A DNA stretch of 64,000 nt, taken from the IMG/VR virus record IMGVR_UViG_3300028840_007197, positions 30,907-94,906 of that record. The stretch is one strand, 5' to 3'. Shown piece by piece: positions 9,129 to 19,272 of this stretch (positions within the stretch are counted from its first letter, which is position 1; each line of letters begins with the position of its first letter). Under the pieces are notes generated by a model that was given only the letters and a program-made list of their open reading frames with translations, had not been told where the DNA came from and did not search any database. This DNA is from a virus. Both the position numbers and the translations under genes were made by a program.

Positions 9129-10040
9129 TTAGCCCTTGAAATGGGGCTTAAACCTCACCTGCATGGCATCAAAACCGTCAGATTCGGAGGAGGGCTGACC
9201 TTTTTGCCATCTTTGGAGAATATTAAAACCGCCGCTGTATCCCGTGTCTGATTTATGGCCCGTCTGAGATTCCTGAAACTTCTTCATTATATCGAAACCA
9301 CCAGAAAAGGGCTCAGAGAGGCTTCGTTCCTTAGCCATACGGACTATCTGTCGGTAGCGGAAAACACTATCATCCATAGCCCATTGATGCCCGTTAGAGC
9401 ATATCATACCATAATAAACACTCGACCACTTTGAGGCTATCTTCGATTTATCACAGCCACAGACAGGGCATCGTGTATCCGGAAGGGGTTCCCCTGCTAT
9501 AGAGGCGTACATCGTTCGACCCTGTTTTTCAGTCTCTTCAGCGGGAACACCTTTTTTTCCGACCATCTTTCCAAAAGGATTTTTCATCTGGCCCTTTTTC
9601 GAGACCACGACATAGAAATCTTTATCGAATATCTGCTTGAACTTCTCACTGGAATATGTGTTCCCTAGGTCAGATTTATAGGTGTTCCGATAGATTGTGG
9701 GTGCCTTGTGGCCAGGTGTAAGGTCAGGACGGTCACCGGTCTTAAACAGTTTTGGGAGGAACCTGTGGACGTCCTCAGGTATAATATCGATGTCTTTATC
9801 CTTGTACAGAACCCCCTCAGAATCTGATACCACCACCATCTCGGGTTCCTGTATCAAGCCATCAGAGCTCAAGTGGGCATTATAGGCGTAATACTCTTCT
9901 TCCCCCTTTTTTTTGAAGAGGATACCATACTCTACCCACTGAAAATTACCCTGACCTAACTCCTCGGTATTCAGTGTCTTATGGTCAGGATTGGCCCAGA
10001 AAGATATGGATACCTTAACGGGATCGTATTTCTCAGCCAC
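9129..10040 (-). CDS. Hypothetical protein with a CPVC...C-x3-H putative Zn site
   Basis: 303-aa ORF; GTG start overlaps the stop of the upstream gene; CPVCG...ICSNGHQW. Confidence 0.7.
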   Translation of the reverse strand: MAEKYDPVKVSISFWANPDHKTLNTEELGQGNFQWVEYGILFKKKGEEEYYAYNAHLSSDGLIQEPEMVVVSDSEGVLYKDKDIDIIPEDVHRFLPKLFKTGDRPDLTPGHKAPTIYRNTYKSDLGNTYSSEKFKQIFDKDFYVVVSKKGQMKNPFGKMVGKKGVPAEETEKQGRTMYASIAGEPLPDTRCPVCGCDKSKIASKWSSVYYGMICSNGHQWAMDDSVFRYRQIVRMAKERSLSEPFSGGFDIMKKFQESQTGHKSDTGYSGGFNILQRWQKGQPSSESDGFDAMQVRFKPHFKG

Positions 10041-13000
10041 TAGGACAGTCTCCTCATAGTTATAGGAATTCCAGGGAGCTCGAAAATATCTACAACATCG
10101 TTATTAGACCTGTGATCAAAATAATTGTGGAGAGAGGTGTTATCCACCTCGCTACCGGCAACCATCAGATACAGGCGTCCATCATTGTCCTTATCCAGAA
10201 TATACGATTGGAACGTCTTCTGATACTGGCCAGAGGAGTCAAGCTTCTCATATTTCAGGCCGAGGTTACCGCGACCCAGAGGTGCATCAGGAATATGAAT
10301 AGTAGACCGACCCCGGTCTGCAACATTCTGTCCAAGGATAACCGTATTCGCCGTCGTATCAGAAATATCCTGGACTCTATTCACGATGCGGGTCTCCAGA
10401 ACAGGATACTTGTCGGTAACAGCCGTAGATATTTCTTCATTCATCCCACTGGCATCAGCGGCGCTGTTGAGTGCCGGAAGCCTATCCAGAATATTAGCGG
10501 GTGAGAAGAACGGCTGGTCCTTAGCAACGATAGTATAAGCTGCATAAACAGTGGAATCTTTAGGTTTTTGCGAGAGAAACAGGGTACTATCATCATATAC
10601 TTCACTGATAACATATTCAGTCTCAGAATCCGAATTAAGCTTAATCAGATACCCACTCTTAACATTAGAAGCCCACTCAGTGTTTTGACCAAGGACTGAA
10701 GTGGTATCCTCGTCGAAAAGAGCCAGACCCTGAGCATAGGTATAATCGGTGATAGTACCGCTACCAGACGTGGTTACCAGAGCCGGTCCTATGGCCTCTA
10801 TACGACCGGTAACTGTAGAATCGAGCCAGCCCTGATAGGGCGTAGTCTCATAGAAGCAGGTATATCCTTCAGAATCACTTATAGCGCTTTTTCTTAATAC
10901 AGGGACTGATATGGCATTCCCTGCTGATGGCGCTGATGAGAACTCTATGACGAGCTCTGTTTTATGTGATGCATCAGAAAGTTTAAGATTATTGGTAACG
11001 AGGGGTTCTCTTGCTGACCCATTATAAGCGTAGCATGTACCATTCTCATTACTGTAGCTCGCTATTGCAATGAATCGCCCCGTGGTATCAACTTTAAACA
11101 CAGTACGGCCACTACCAGCGGGCTCACGGGGTGTCAGCTCAATCATCTCGTAAGTTTCAGTAATTGCTCTGCCCTGTTTATTTGTTTCAAAGAACTTAGT
11201 TCCGAGATACAAATCGAATTCAACATGCTGACTTGAGGAAGCTGTCGTATCAAGGGCCACGTTATACTGACTCGCAGTTCTGGTAATAGTACCAAGACTC
11301 CTTGTTGTTGAGTCTATCTTGGCGTCAGCTATCCCGAGCACACTATAGTCCTCAATGGACCGAGGAATGATATAGTTAGTAGACCCTGACCCCGGTACAT
11401 GATAAGTCATCCTATGGCCAAAATCATACAGCTCATCAAATCTTGCTCCTCTGTTCGAGAGCGTATTGAAATGAGTTGTATCACCAATAATAACGGGGGC
11501 AGCCGTTCTTACACGGATGTCACTATCCACAGAAGCTATAGGAGTTGTAGAGTCCTCTTTTCTGAACTCTAGAATCCTATTCGGAACATGAGTCAGCCCG
11601 TTTGGCCCTGCAGGCATACTAATCGTATACTCAACAGTAATGGGCAACGATGTTCCAATAATTGTTCCTGAGTTTATTGTAAATATGACGTCATCTGCGG
11701 GTAGTGCAGTATAAGAAATATTACCGGTCAGGCTCCCATGACTTGAGGTATATATAGCATCAACAGACGTTACCTGAGAACCTTCAGGGTAAGAGTCGGA
11801 GGGTAAATCTATCTCGAACTGATTCGTAGCAGCCCAGGCTGCTCCAGGAGTTCCCGTAATCTTGTCATTGACTGTTTTAGCTATAAGAGAGTCGGGCTGT
11901 GTGATTTCTGCATTGGAGAATATTCTGCGGACTCCATCACCCTCAGCAATCTTAGTTGACCCGACTTTATCTACGTTGCTCACTGCATCCGCTTGAACAA
12001 GGACCTTTCCATAATGGTCCTCACCAAGGGTAGACTTACCCATTTTTGTCTGAAGCTTACCGCTGATGAGCTTTTTAAACCCATCCTCACACAGCTCCTT
12101 ATAGTTATCCTGAACGGATACCCTACGACGAAGATCCAGAATGTCACTGGCCACAATCCAGTCATTATAGAGATTATCAGGCCTATCTGAAGCGTATCCT
12201 TCCAAATAATTCGCCAGGGTCTTTGCGGATCCGTTAGAACGGGTTTCAGGATTATAAATGCCCGTATTACGACGATGAATAGCAAACATAGGTATGGCAT
12301 AGGTATATCCATCTGCCGTCCCCAAGGTTTCCTGAGCAGCTGCATCACCGGAACCGGCTCTCCACAGACCAATATCTCCAGGAACTGGAGAGAAATAAGC
12401 CTGGACGCAGGTACTGAGAGGAGAGCTGAGGGGCCCTTGAACAAAAACCCTATTCGGATCAAAGCCGTCGGGGTAAGTTTCCAGGTCCGTATAAGCGACT
12501 CGAATCCTATACTGTATCTGTACTCTTAAAGAGGTCTCAATATTGATAGCTGGGTCGATAAGGTCATTGGACGGATTGATACCACCATAGAGAATATTGC
12601 CGTACTTATATACGGTATCTGAGGGCTCTAGTACCTTTTTCCATACCTCAAGGAATACGAAATCTATTCTTGAACCGATAGTAGGAGGTTCATCGAGAAT
12701 AATAACGTTATTCTCATCTGTTGAATTTGTCCCCTGAACTAGAATTCTCCAGCCGTTAACCCATGCCACAAGGGCCTGTGTCTCGACACCCTTATCGAGG
12801 GCTATGAGCTTGAATGTATTATGAACATACCCTGATGAAGAGAGTGTATCGCCAGCCCGGCATTGAGACTCTGTTACGCCCCCCTTTATCGAGCCGACAA
12901 GAGACCAGCCGCTCGGATTCAAGAAACGACTCATCAATCGGTCGTTCTCAGCAGAGACCATCCCGGTTAGATTGAGCTCTGAGGAGAGGGGCGGTTTTCT

Positions 13001-13081
13001 CTTCTGATAAACCACCTGCTCAAAACCACGGTTTGTCGGGTCCAGAACTCTGGTCTGGTTGGGACCTAGATAATCTGACAT
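10040..13081 (-). CDS. Putative tail fibre/baseplate-attached protein (paralogue of 19266-23279)
   Basis: Shares KPPL.SELNL, VFLEVW, IET..RVQ.QYRIRV, DGY.YAIPMF and DILD.RR with 19266-23279; beta-rich; AGGAG RBS favours ATG at 13081. Confidence 0.7.
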   Translation of the reverse strand: MSDYLGPNQTRVLDPTNRGFEQVVYQKRKPPLSSELNLTGMVSAENDRLMSRFLNPSGWSLVGSIKGGVTESQCRAGDTLSSSGYVHNTFKLIALDKGVETQALVAWVNGWRILVQGTNSTDENNVIILDEPPTIGSRIDFVFLEVWKKVLEPSDTVYKYGNILYGGINPSNDLIDPAINIETSLRVQIQYRIRVAYTDLETYPDGFDPNRVFVQGPLSSPLSTCVQAYFSPVPGDIGLWRAGSGDAAAQETLGTADGYTYAIPMFAIHRRNTGIYNPETRSNGSAKTLANYLEGYASDRPDNLYNDWIVASDILDLRRRVSVQDNYKELCEDGFKKLISGKLQTKMGKSTLGEDHYGKVLVQADAVSNVDKVGSTKIAEGDGVRRIFSNAEITQPDSLIAKTVNDKITGTPGAAWAATNQFEIDLPSDSYPEGSQVTSVDAIYTSSHGSLTGNISYTALPADDVIFTINSGTIIGTSLPITVEYTISMPAGPNGLTHVPNRILEFRKEDSTTPIASVDSDIRVRTAAPVIIGDTTHFNTLSNRGARFDELYDFGHRMTYHVPGSGSTNYIIPRSIEDYSVLGIADAKIDSTTRSLGTITRTASQYNVALDTTASSSQHVEFDLYLGTKFFETNKQGRAITETYEMIELTPREPAGSGRTVFKVDTTGRFIAIASYSNENGTCYAYNGSAREPLVTNNLKLSDASHKTELVIEFSSAPSAGNAISVPVLRKSAISDSEGYTCFYETTPYQGWLDSTVTGRIEAIGPALVTTSGSGTITDYTYAQGLALFDEDTTSVLGQNTEWASNVKSGYLIKLNSDSETEYVISEVYDDSTLFLSQKPKDSTVYAAYTIVAKDQPFFSPANILDRLPALNSAADASGMNEEISTAVTDKYPVLETRIVNRVQDISDTTANTVILGQNVADRGRSTIHIPDAPLGRGNLGLKYEKLDSSGQYQKTFQSYILDKDNDGRLYLMVAGSEVDNTSLHNYFDHRSNNDVVDIFELPGIPITMRRLS

Positions 13082-14043
13082 TTCGGATCTCCTATTGTTC
13101 TCACTTTCCACACAATCAGCGGCTCAATAACGTGCGGCTCAATGCGCGAACAGAGCATCAAATTTTTTATCAGTGTCTCGTAAGCATAGGTAAAATCGTA
13201 AAAAACGCTCGAATTAAAAAACCACGTTGTTGGGAAACCCGTACACTTCCTGAACATCCTGTCTATATCATAAAGTGGGTAAAGTTTAACAGAAAGGTCA
13301 GATAGTGCTGTTTTAATTTTATTATAGTCTTTAATGAATTCAGTAGGAACAGAGGAAGCTACTTCCTCAGGAAATATCTTAGGGTCCTTAATGATCTTTG
13401 CAATATGTCTGACCTTCTGAGGGACCCGCTCTAAAGACCCCTCCATATCTTCGATCGTATCAGCTGACCGGTCTAGGTCCGCTATTATTGATGATAGTAT
13501 AGACTTTATAGTCTTACTTCCACACATGGTATCAGGAAACACAGTTCTCAAGAGGCTACTCGACAGCGAACAAACTTCGTCCGTATTAGCTGAAAACGAC
13601 CTCATCAATTTATCATAATCGCTAAGGGTCGTCATGAATTCAGACTTCTTAGACCCGTTTACCTCTCTAGGAGTGTTCTCAGTCTGCTCGTCGGGCTTCA
13701 ATTCCAGCATCAATATTTCGACATCTTTATGGTTATCCCTGATAACCTTAAGAATTTCATCTACGGCACTATCTGAAGCTAGATGAGCATTAACCCCTTT
13801 GTTCTTCTTGGTCAGATTCCCTAGAATATGACTTATTACTGGCACTGCCCTGATGTATTCCTTATTGGTCATTGGACCGGCCAAAATTATTCCATTGAGA
13901 GAAGCAAATAGATATCTTCCCTCTTTCGTGACCGACAAAGAGTTCTTACCTACCTTAAAATCAGCGAGGAGCTTACCTTTTTTAGCAAACATCCCGGCCA
14001 TTTTTATATCATTCTTCGGATATTCCTTTGACACGCTCGTCAT
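13066..14043 (-). CDS. Hypothetical protein
   Basis: 325-aa ORF overlapping both neighbours in operon fashion. Confidence 0.65.
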   Translation of the reverse strand: MTSVSKEYPKNDIKMAGMFAKKGKLLADFKVGKNSLSVTKEGRYLFASLNGIILAGPMTNKEYIRAVPVISHILGNLTKKNKGVNAHLASDSAVDEILKVIRDNHKDVEILMLELKPDEQTENTPREVNGSKKSEFMTTLSDYDKLMRSFSANTDEVCSLSSSLLRTVFPDTMCGSKTIKSILSSIIADLDRSADTIEDMEGSLERVPQKVRHIAKIIKDPKIFPEEVASSVPTEFIKDYNKIKTALSDLSVKLYPLYDIDRMFRKCTGFPTTWFFNSSVFYDFTYAYETLIKNLMLCSRIEPHVIEPLIVWKVRTIGDPKCQII

Positions 14044-14362
14044 GTTTCTCTCTTAATCTATCTATATATTTACTTATGTGGACAATAAAAACATCAACAC
14101 TCTCTGCATCAGAAACTATTACGGTATTACCCGACCCCTTAAATTCGAGATCTGAAACGGATGTGCCACGAATCGACAGAGTAAATATTTCATTTCCTAG
14201 AGATATCAGCACAGAATGATTGTTTAAAAAATCGTTTTTACCCCACGTTTTTACATCAAATCCCGACTCGGATAGATAACTACGCAACTCTTTCCATAAT
14301 CTCTTATCGAGATTACGCAACGAGGATTTTCTGTGAGGATCATTGTGATAGTGGACCATCAC
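14009..14362 (-). CDS. Hypothetical protein
   Basis: 117-aa ORF, 4-bp overlap with the upstream gene. Confidence 0.6.
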   Translation of the reverse strand: MMVHYHNDPHRKSSLRNLDKRLWKELRSYLSESGFDVKTWGKNDFLNNHSVLISLGNEIFTLSIRGTSVSDLEFKGSGNTVIVSDAESVDVFIVHISKYIDRLREKHDERVKGISEE

Positions 14363-14679
14363 AATTTCTCTAAGAAAATCCTCTTTTTCAATACATCTAT
14401 ATAATTTTTACCTACTGAACAGATTCTATTATATATGTCATCAGCTACCTCTTTATAAATTTCCTGATTGTATTTAAGAAAGGTAGCCATATTGAAACAC
14501 CAGTCTCCAACATCTTTTGACGCTTTTTCAAACTCTTCCGGTTCTTCCGGAAACATCTCAAAGGGTCCATATGAGTGATTAGACTTCCTCCAAACCCCCA
14601 TCAACTCATTAGCGGCTTTTACCCTATTAGAAAAAGCATTGAGTCGCCTATTAAATCCAATCCATGAATCGTGAACCAT
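14359..14679 (-). CDS. Hypothetical protein
   Basis: 106-aa ORF, TAATG stop/start coupling to 14679-15266. Confidence 0.6.
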   Translation of the reverse strand: MVHDSWIGFNRRLNAFSNRVKAANELMGVWRKSNHSYGPFEMFPEEPEEFEKASKDVGDWCFNMATFLKYNQEIYKEVADDIYNRICSVGKNYIDVLKKRIFLEKL

Positions 14680-15266
14680 TAAGCTGTAATTCTAAATATT
14701 ATACTCATAGTCATGGAATTAGTCTTGTTAATAACAGGAAAAGTCCTGAAATTAACCATGGTCCCACTATCAGCAAGATCCGTAGCGTCTCCCCCGAACA
14801 TACCCATCTCAACCAGGGGTCCTACCGCCTCGGTTTCAGCGAACGTAGCCGTAAAATCTACCACGTTTGTGGGTACAGTCGTTGGGTCACCCGTATCGGG
14901 GTCAATGAAACTTACATCATTCGTTGTATAAGCCTTACGGGCAATTTCATTATTGAGCTCAGTCTGAGTAGCTACGGGCTGTGGAGGGTTCTGTAGGTTC
15001 CATCCAGATGCACCAGTCCCAACAGCCAAATATGAGATTCCTGCATCAGGCTCATGATTATCCTTGAGGAGTCGGGCAATAAGAATGGAAGCAGTATTTA
15101 CGATCAGGTTGTGATTATGGCGCTCTTCAATAATCTCACCCGTTGCCGAGTCTCTCAGAATAATCCAGTACTGACCATGAAGGGGCCGGGTCTTCTCCTC
15201 ATACTTTGCGCGGTATCCACCCATAAAGCCTTCATAGGCCCTCTTCAGATTCTCAATGAAGATCAT
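14679..15266 (-). CDS. Tail-collar/fibre N-terminal-like baseplate protein (DUF3751-like)
   Basis: NLIVN, ISYLAVGTG, QTELNNEIARK, EAVGPLVEMGMF, RTFPVINKT match the tail-fibre attachment domain pattern. Confidence 0.7.
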   Translation of the reverse strand: MIFIENLKRAYEGFMGGYRAKYEEKTRPLHGQYWIILRDSATGEIIEERHNHNLIVNTASILIARLLKDNHEPDAGISYLAVGTGASGWNLQNPPQPVATQTELNNEIARKAYTTNDVSFIDPDTGDPTTVPTNVVDFTATFAETEAVGPLVEMGMFGGDATDLADSGTMVNFRTFPVINKTNSMTMSIIFRITA

Positions 15267-15314
15267 AAAAAAGCTCCATATTGAATAAGTACAATACCCT
15301 TAAATGTCATTTGT

Positions 15315-15328
15315 ATTAAGAGATTATC
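15315..15328 (-). promoter_or_regulatory. Putative phage late promoter motif (GATAATCTCTTAAT)
   Basis: Identical 14-mer at 56007-56020; intergenic, about 50 nt upstream of the start at 15266. Confidence 0.6.
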
Positions 15329-15355
15329 GATGCTTATGAATCAACGACTTACGCA

Positions 15356-18300
15356 CTATAAAGGCATCATTTCCGTGACCTTTAGGACACGGTAACTCCT
15401 ATCCGGGAGCAACTCCTTAAATGTCTTTTTCCGGTAACGAACTACTTCATCATTCATGAATGAGTAATCTACCATGTACTTCAGAGGGTCCTTAGAATGA
15501 GAAGAGTTTAGAACCTTTACCAGAGCATTAGGGAACGTATCAGGTGAACTCAATTCATCTTGAGATGCTTCATAAGTCTCGAAAACAGGGCCAGAGAATA
15601 TATGCTCCTCAATCTGATAAGTCGTCTTATTGAAATAGACTATCTTTGTTCCCAACCCATAATCATCAAGATTATTCACGTACTCATTATACTGAGCATC
15701 GATTCTAATCTTAATTGGGTCCGGACAAGCAGATGCAAAGACATAGTCATCGTCCAATATTCTTGAATAATAAGGGTCTATCAGTTCTATTGTGGTGGTA
15801 TTAATGACTTTATAACTAAAAGTTACAGGGGGACTAATCTCATATATGAGCTCTATCTCATCCCCGGCATTAAGAAGTCCGTTTAGACTACTACCTCTCC
15901 AGATTAATTCGTTTCCATACACATAGAAATCATAACCATCCTGCTGAGAGGTTCCATTCACAATATTAAGAACTACATTTGTTTTCCTTCTCAGGTAATT
16001 TGAGAGGAAAACACCCCCGTTATCAGCCTGCTCCTGAGTCAGTATTATATGCTCAAAAACCAGATAAGATGGCATGTTCAACTGAATGACACCATTTACG
16101 GGATCAATCGATGAAATAATGCCCTCTAAGACCGTACCGCCTATTTTTACCACCACATCACCGGCATCTGCATAGGTGGTCTCATTTTTCATGAGCGGAA
16201 GAGTCGGAAAATCAATTATCCCCTGGTCTGAGGACATTTTCATAGTAGCTGGCAGATAATATGTCGGAGTATCCGTCTCAAGTTCAGATGCAGCCTCATA
16301 GGAAATGAGAGCCAGACCAGTACTCTCTGTTTCTCTTAGGATGAAATTATCCCTGAGCTTCTTTGAGGGCACTCTAAGATTAGGCGATCCAATTAATGAA
16401 CCTGGAATGGATGCGGTTACCTCATCATATTTAACAGTATCTGTAACTAGCCACGGGTCGCATTCTTTGAGCTTGGGAATATCTTCCTGATATCTAAACT
16501 GGAAAATCGGTGTCGCTGAATCACATAGGGAACTTAAATGGACACTCTCTCCATTATCCCTGAATTCCTTCAGAAGCAGGTCCGAATAGAGAAGAGGATG
16601 ACGATGCTGCCTGATATCCTGAAGTTTTCTCTGATATACGAGTCCCGGTTGATACGCGAAAGTCTTCTGGAATGGAGGCGTACCTTCTCTTAGCTTCAGG
16701 ACAGGATCCAGGCCATTATCCAGGTATTGGTCATCCAGAACGATGTTAGAACTAGTATCGTACAGAAACTCTGGGCTGAAGAAAAGATTAAGATGATTAA
16801 GAGAATCCTGTTGATTCGCTATAGAAGCCCTTGTAGCAGGCTTCTGATAATTATTGAGCCTGAGAGTATCGGGAGAGTTCAGAACGGACGTATGATGCAG
16901 GAGATATGTCCTGAACCGATATCCTATCTCAACCGGATTAGCTCTTGGTATGGACGCTGTACCTGAGGAATCATTTAGGGCATCATCAAGTAGGAAATTC
17001 TCGTAATCAAGATACCTTTCAATATCATCGAGAAGTGCAGGATACTGATAGTTCAAACCGGCATAATAACCAAATTCGAGACTATCACCTATGGCAGGAA
17101 CTCTACCCAGTTCGGAATCTACCCAGAATTGAGTAGTGTCATAAAGGGTTATATGACCAAAGAGGGGCCTTATTGACCTTACCGCATCTATGACCTGAGT
17201 ACCATCGACATAGATGCTTACATCAGATGTTCCTGCGAGAGTTCCGGACCCATCACCCGTGACCAAAGGCGTATGGGACATCTGCCAATGGGCTAATCCG
17301 AAGAGCAAATCTGTTGAAGAGCTATAGACCGTACCATCGGATAAATAGTTATAATCGAATCCAATTTCATCACAGATAGCGGGAGAATGACCTACTGTTG
17401 AGTCCCAGTATGTTGTGCTATCAGTCAGAGTAACGTTAGCATTACTAGCATCTACAGAAATAACGGAGTCACTAAGAGAGGTACCGTCAAAATTAACGAG
17501 TACATCAGAGATTGTTGCAGGATTACCAGAACTATCCGTAAGGGGAGCATGCGGCAGAGTTAATACATAACTATCCCCGTACCAGAAGGAGTCAAAGACT
17601 TCATCTCTTCCCCATGGAAGGCTTAACCTAGGTGAATCTAATCTCTGACCTATTTGGAAGGAAGTAGATGTAGTCTTTTCGCTGGTAGCATCACAATCCT
17701 TACGAAGGTCCTCATAATAAGGCTGTAAAAGGTCCTGCACCCATCTATCACAGATGGTAGTAGGGGTAGTTTTTATTTGAAGGGGGAATCGCCCATTCGG
17801 GTCCATCACCTTCTTCACGAACTCCTGGAAGGCCGGTTTCCTTATAGTATCGAGATAGAACCTGGAAACCGATGAAGGCAGGACCCCAGGAGGCATATAC
17901 CAGAACTGAAAATCGCCAGGAATCTGAATCCAGGATATCCTAACCCACTGACCAATCCTGAGTTGATCGAACCTTATTCTTTTTCCGAGGGAATTAAATA
18001 TTACAGTCCCATTTACACCTGGCTCTGTAATGACCCTCGTCCCATCAGTGAGAAACAGGGTCAGATAGTCATTATGGAGAGAATCAATCCTCCCCGTGGC
18101 CCCCTGTGAAGTAGTAAGTACTGATATTTGTCTTGCCAGATATGTTGGTTCACCTAAAGGGCTGTAATCGTATACAGGTACACATCCACCACCAGTATCA
18201 CCATAAATGAGGTCGTGTATTTTATTAACATCTATCTGCTCGGTCCAAATAAGCCTGGTATCATAAAGGACGTGAGCAGGCCTGATTAGATTTATAAAGA

Positions 18301-18883
18301 AATCAAGATTAGTAAGGATATCATTGATATTCTTACCTGAATTAAGGAGGTCGTCGACAAAAACGTCAACGACCATTTTATTAGTATCTATCACTGAATA
18401 AGCACTATTAGGCTTTCGTGCCTCAAGATAAAGCTCACGTATATTTATATCAATACCCGTGAACTTTTCAGCAGTGCTTTCGATATTATCTTTTTTACTT
18501 CCAATGAGATAGGCGTCTTTCAGAGATATCAGATAATCCCTGAAAGACTCATCATTGTAGTTTTGTGGTGCGATCTGTTCTTTAAGAAATAGACGGTCAC
18601 CAAGTATCTGCTGGAGATATTCTATACGAGTCTGGGTATAAACCTTATCATTATTTATTGCATCATTGCTATAATGCATCCTTGCAAATTCACGGGCAAG
18701 GACATTAAAAAGTATGGATACATTAGTATTGGTATCTTTCGGATAGTTACTTGGAAGGAGACCTATAAGCGCGGTTAGGATCTCAGAAGCCCGACCATAG
18801 AGGTCTGCCCTGTAAGACTGATTGTCCGGAAAGCGCTTTCTGCCCAGTTCTTCCGGATCAGGAATATAGGGTCCTATAGCCAC
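15356..18883 (-). CDS. Baseplate wedge protein (P2 gpI/Mu gp48-like N-terminus) with appended beta-modules
   Basis: LLPSNYP...DESFRDYL...GSKKDNIE...INIRE...FFINLIRPAHV pattern; position downstream of the baseplate J-like gene. Confidence 0.65.
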   Translation of the reverse strand: MAIGPYIPDPEELGRKRFPDNQSYRADLYGRASEILTALIGLLPSNYPKDTNTNVSILFNVLAREFARMHYSNDAINNDKVYTQTRIEYLQQILGDRLFLKEQIAPQNYNDESFRDYLISLKDAYLIGSKKDNIESTAEKFTGIDINIRELYLEARKPNSAYSVIDTNKMVVDVFVDDLLNSGKNINDILTNLDFFINLIRPAHVLYDTRLIWTEQIDVNKIHDLIYGDTGGGCVPVYDYSPLGEPTYLARQISVLTTSQGATGRIDSLHNDYLTLFLTDGTRVITEPGVNGTVIFNSLGKRIRFDQLRIGQWVRISWIQIPGDFQFWYMPPGVLPSSVSRFYLDTIRKPAFQEFVKKVMDPNGRFPLQIKTTPTTICDRWVQDLLQPYYEDLRKDCDATSEKTTSTSFQIGQRLDSPRLSLPWGRDEVFDSFWYGDSYVLTLPHAPLTDSSGNPATISDVLVNFDGTSLSDSVISVDASNANVTLTDSTTYWDSTVGHSPAICDEIGFDYNYLSDGTVYSSSTDLLFGLAHWQMSHTPLVTGDGSGTLAGTSDVSIYVDGTQVIDAVRSIRPLFGHITLYDTTQFWVDSELGRVPAIGDSLEFGYYAGLNYQYPALLDDIERYLDYENFLLDDALNDSSGTASIPRANPVEIGYRFRTYLLHHTSVLNSPDTLRLNNYQKPATRASIANQQDSLNHLNLFFSPEFLYDTSSNIVLDDQYLDNGLDPVLKLREGTPPFQKTFAYQPGLVYQRKLQDIRQHRHPLLYSDLLLKEFRDNGESVHLSSLCDSATPIFQFRYQEDIPKLKECDPWLVTDTVKYDEVTASIPGSLIGSPNLRVPSKKLRDNFILRETESTGLALISYEAASELETDTPTYYLPATMKMSSDQGIIDFPTLPLMKNETTYADAGDVVVKIGGTVLEGIISSIDPVNGVIQLNMPSYLVFEHIILTQEQADNGGVFLSNYLRRKTNVVLNIVNGTSQQDGYDFYVYGNELIWRGSSLNGLLNAGDEIELIYEISPPVTFSYKVINTTTIELIDPYYSRILDDDYVFASACPDPIKIRIDAQYNEYVNNLDDYGLGTKIVYFNKTTYQIEEHIFSGPVFETYEASQDELSSPDTFPNALVKVLNSSHSKDPLKYMVDYSFMNDEVVRYRKKTFKELLPDRSYRVLKVTEMMPL

Positions 18884-18891
18884 GGGCTCTC

Positions 18892-19272
18892 CTATTTAGA
18901 AGGGCTCATTGAGATCAGGTTTATTCCAGTTGCGTCTGGCGTATAGAACGTGAACAATCCTAGTTCATGCACGGGAGAGTAAGGATTTGTTGAATCAGTT
19001 GGAAACGTCGGATAATCAAGCTCTCTTACCGAACTTGCCGTAGCTGATGTTACGGCGGTTGCATCAGCAGCTCCATTGAAATTCTGCAGAAACAACATAG
19101 AGTACTGATATTTGCTGGAGTCTCCAGAAAAATCAGTCATCTGGGAGAACTGTATCTGACCGCCATTATACGGTATAAGCGTATTACCCAACCGCGCCAG
19201 ACCAGGCATGATGGATACAGTAGAATCAGATACTTCAAGCTGAAACTGTATATGATCTGATGTGGTCAGCAT
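18892..19272 (-). CDS. Small virion-associated hypothetical protein
   Basis: 126 aa, beta-rich, overlaps the upstream fibre gene. Confidence 0.6.
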   Translation of the reverse strand: MLTTSDHIQFQLEVSDSTVSIMPGLARLGNTLIPYNGGQIQFSQMTDFSGDSSKYQYSMLFLQNFNGAADATAVTSATASSVRELDYPTFPTDSTNPYSPVHELGLFTFYTPDATGINLISMSPSK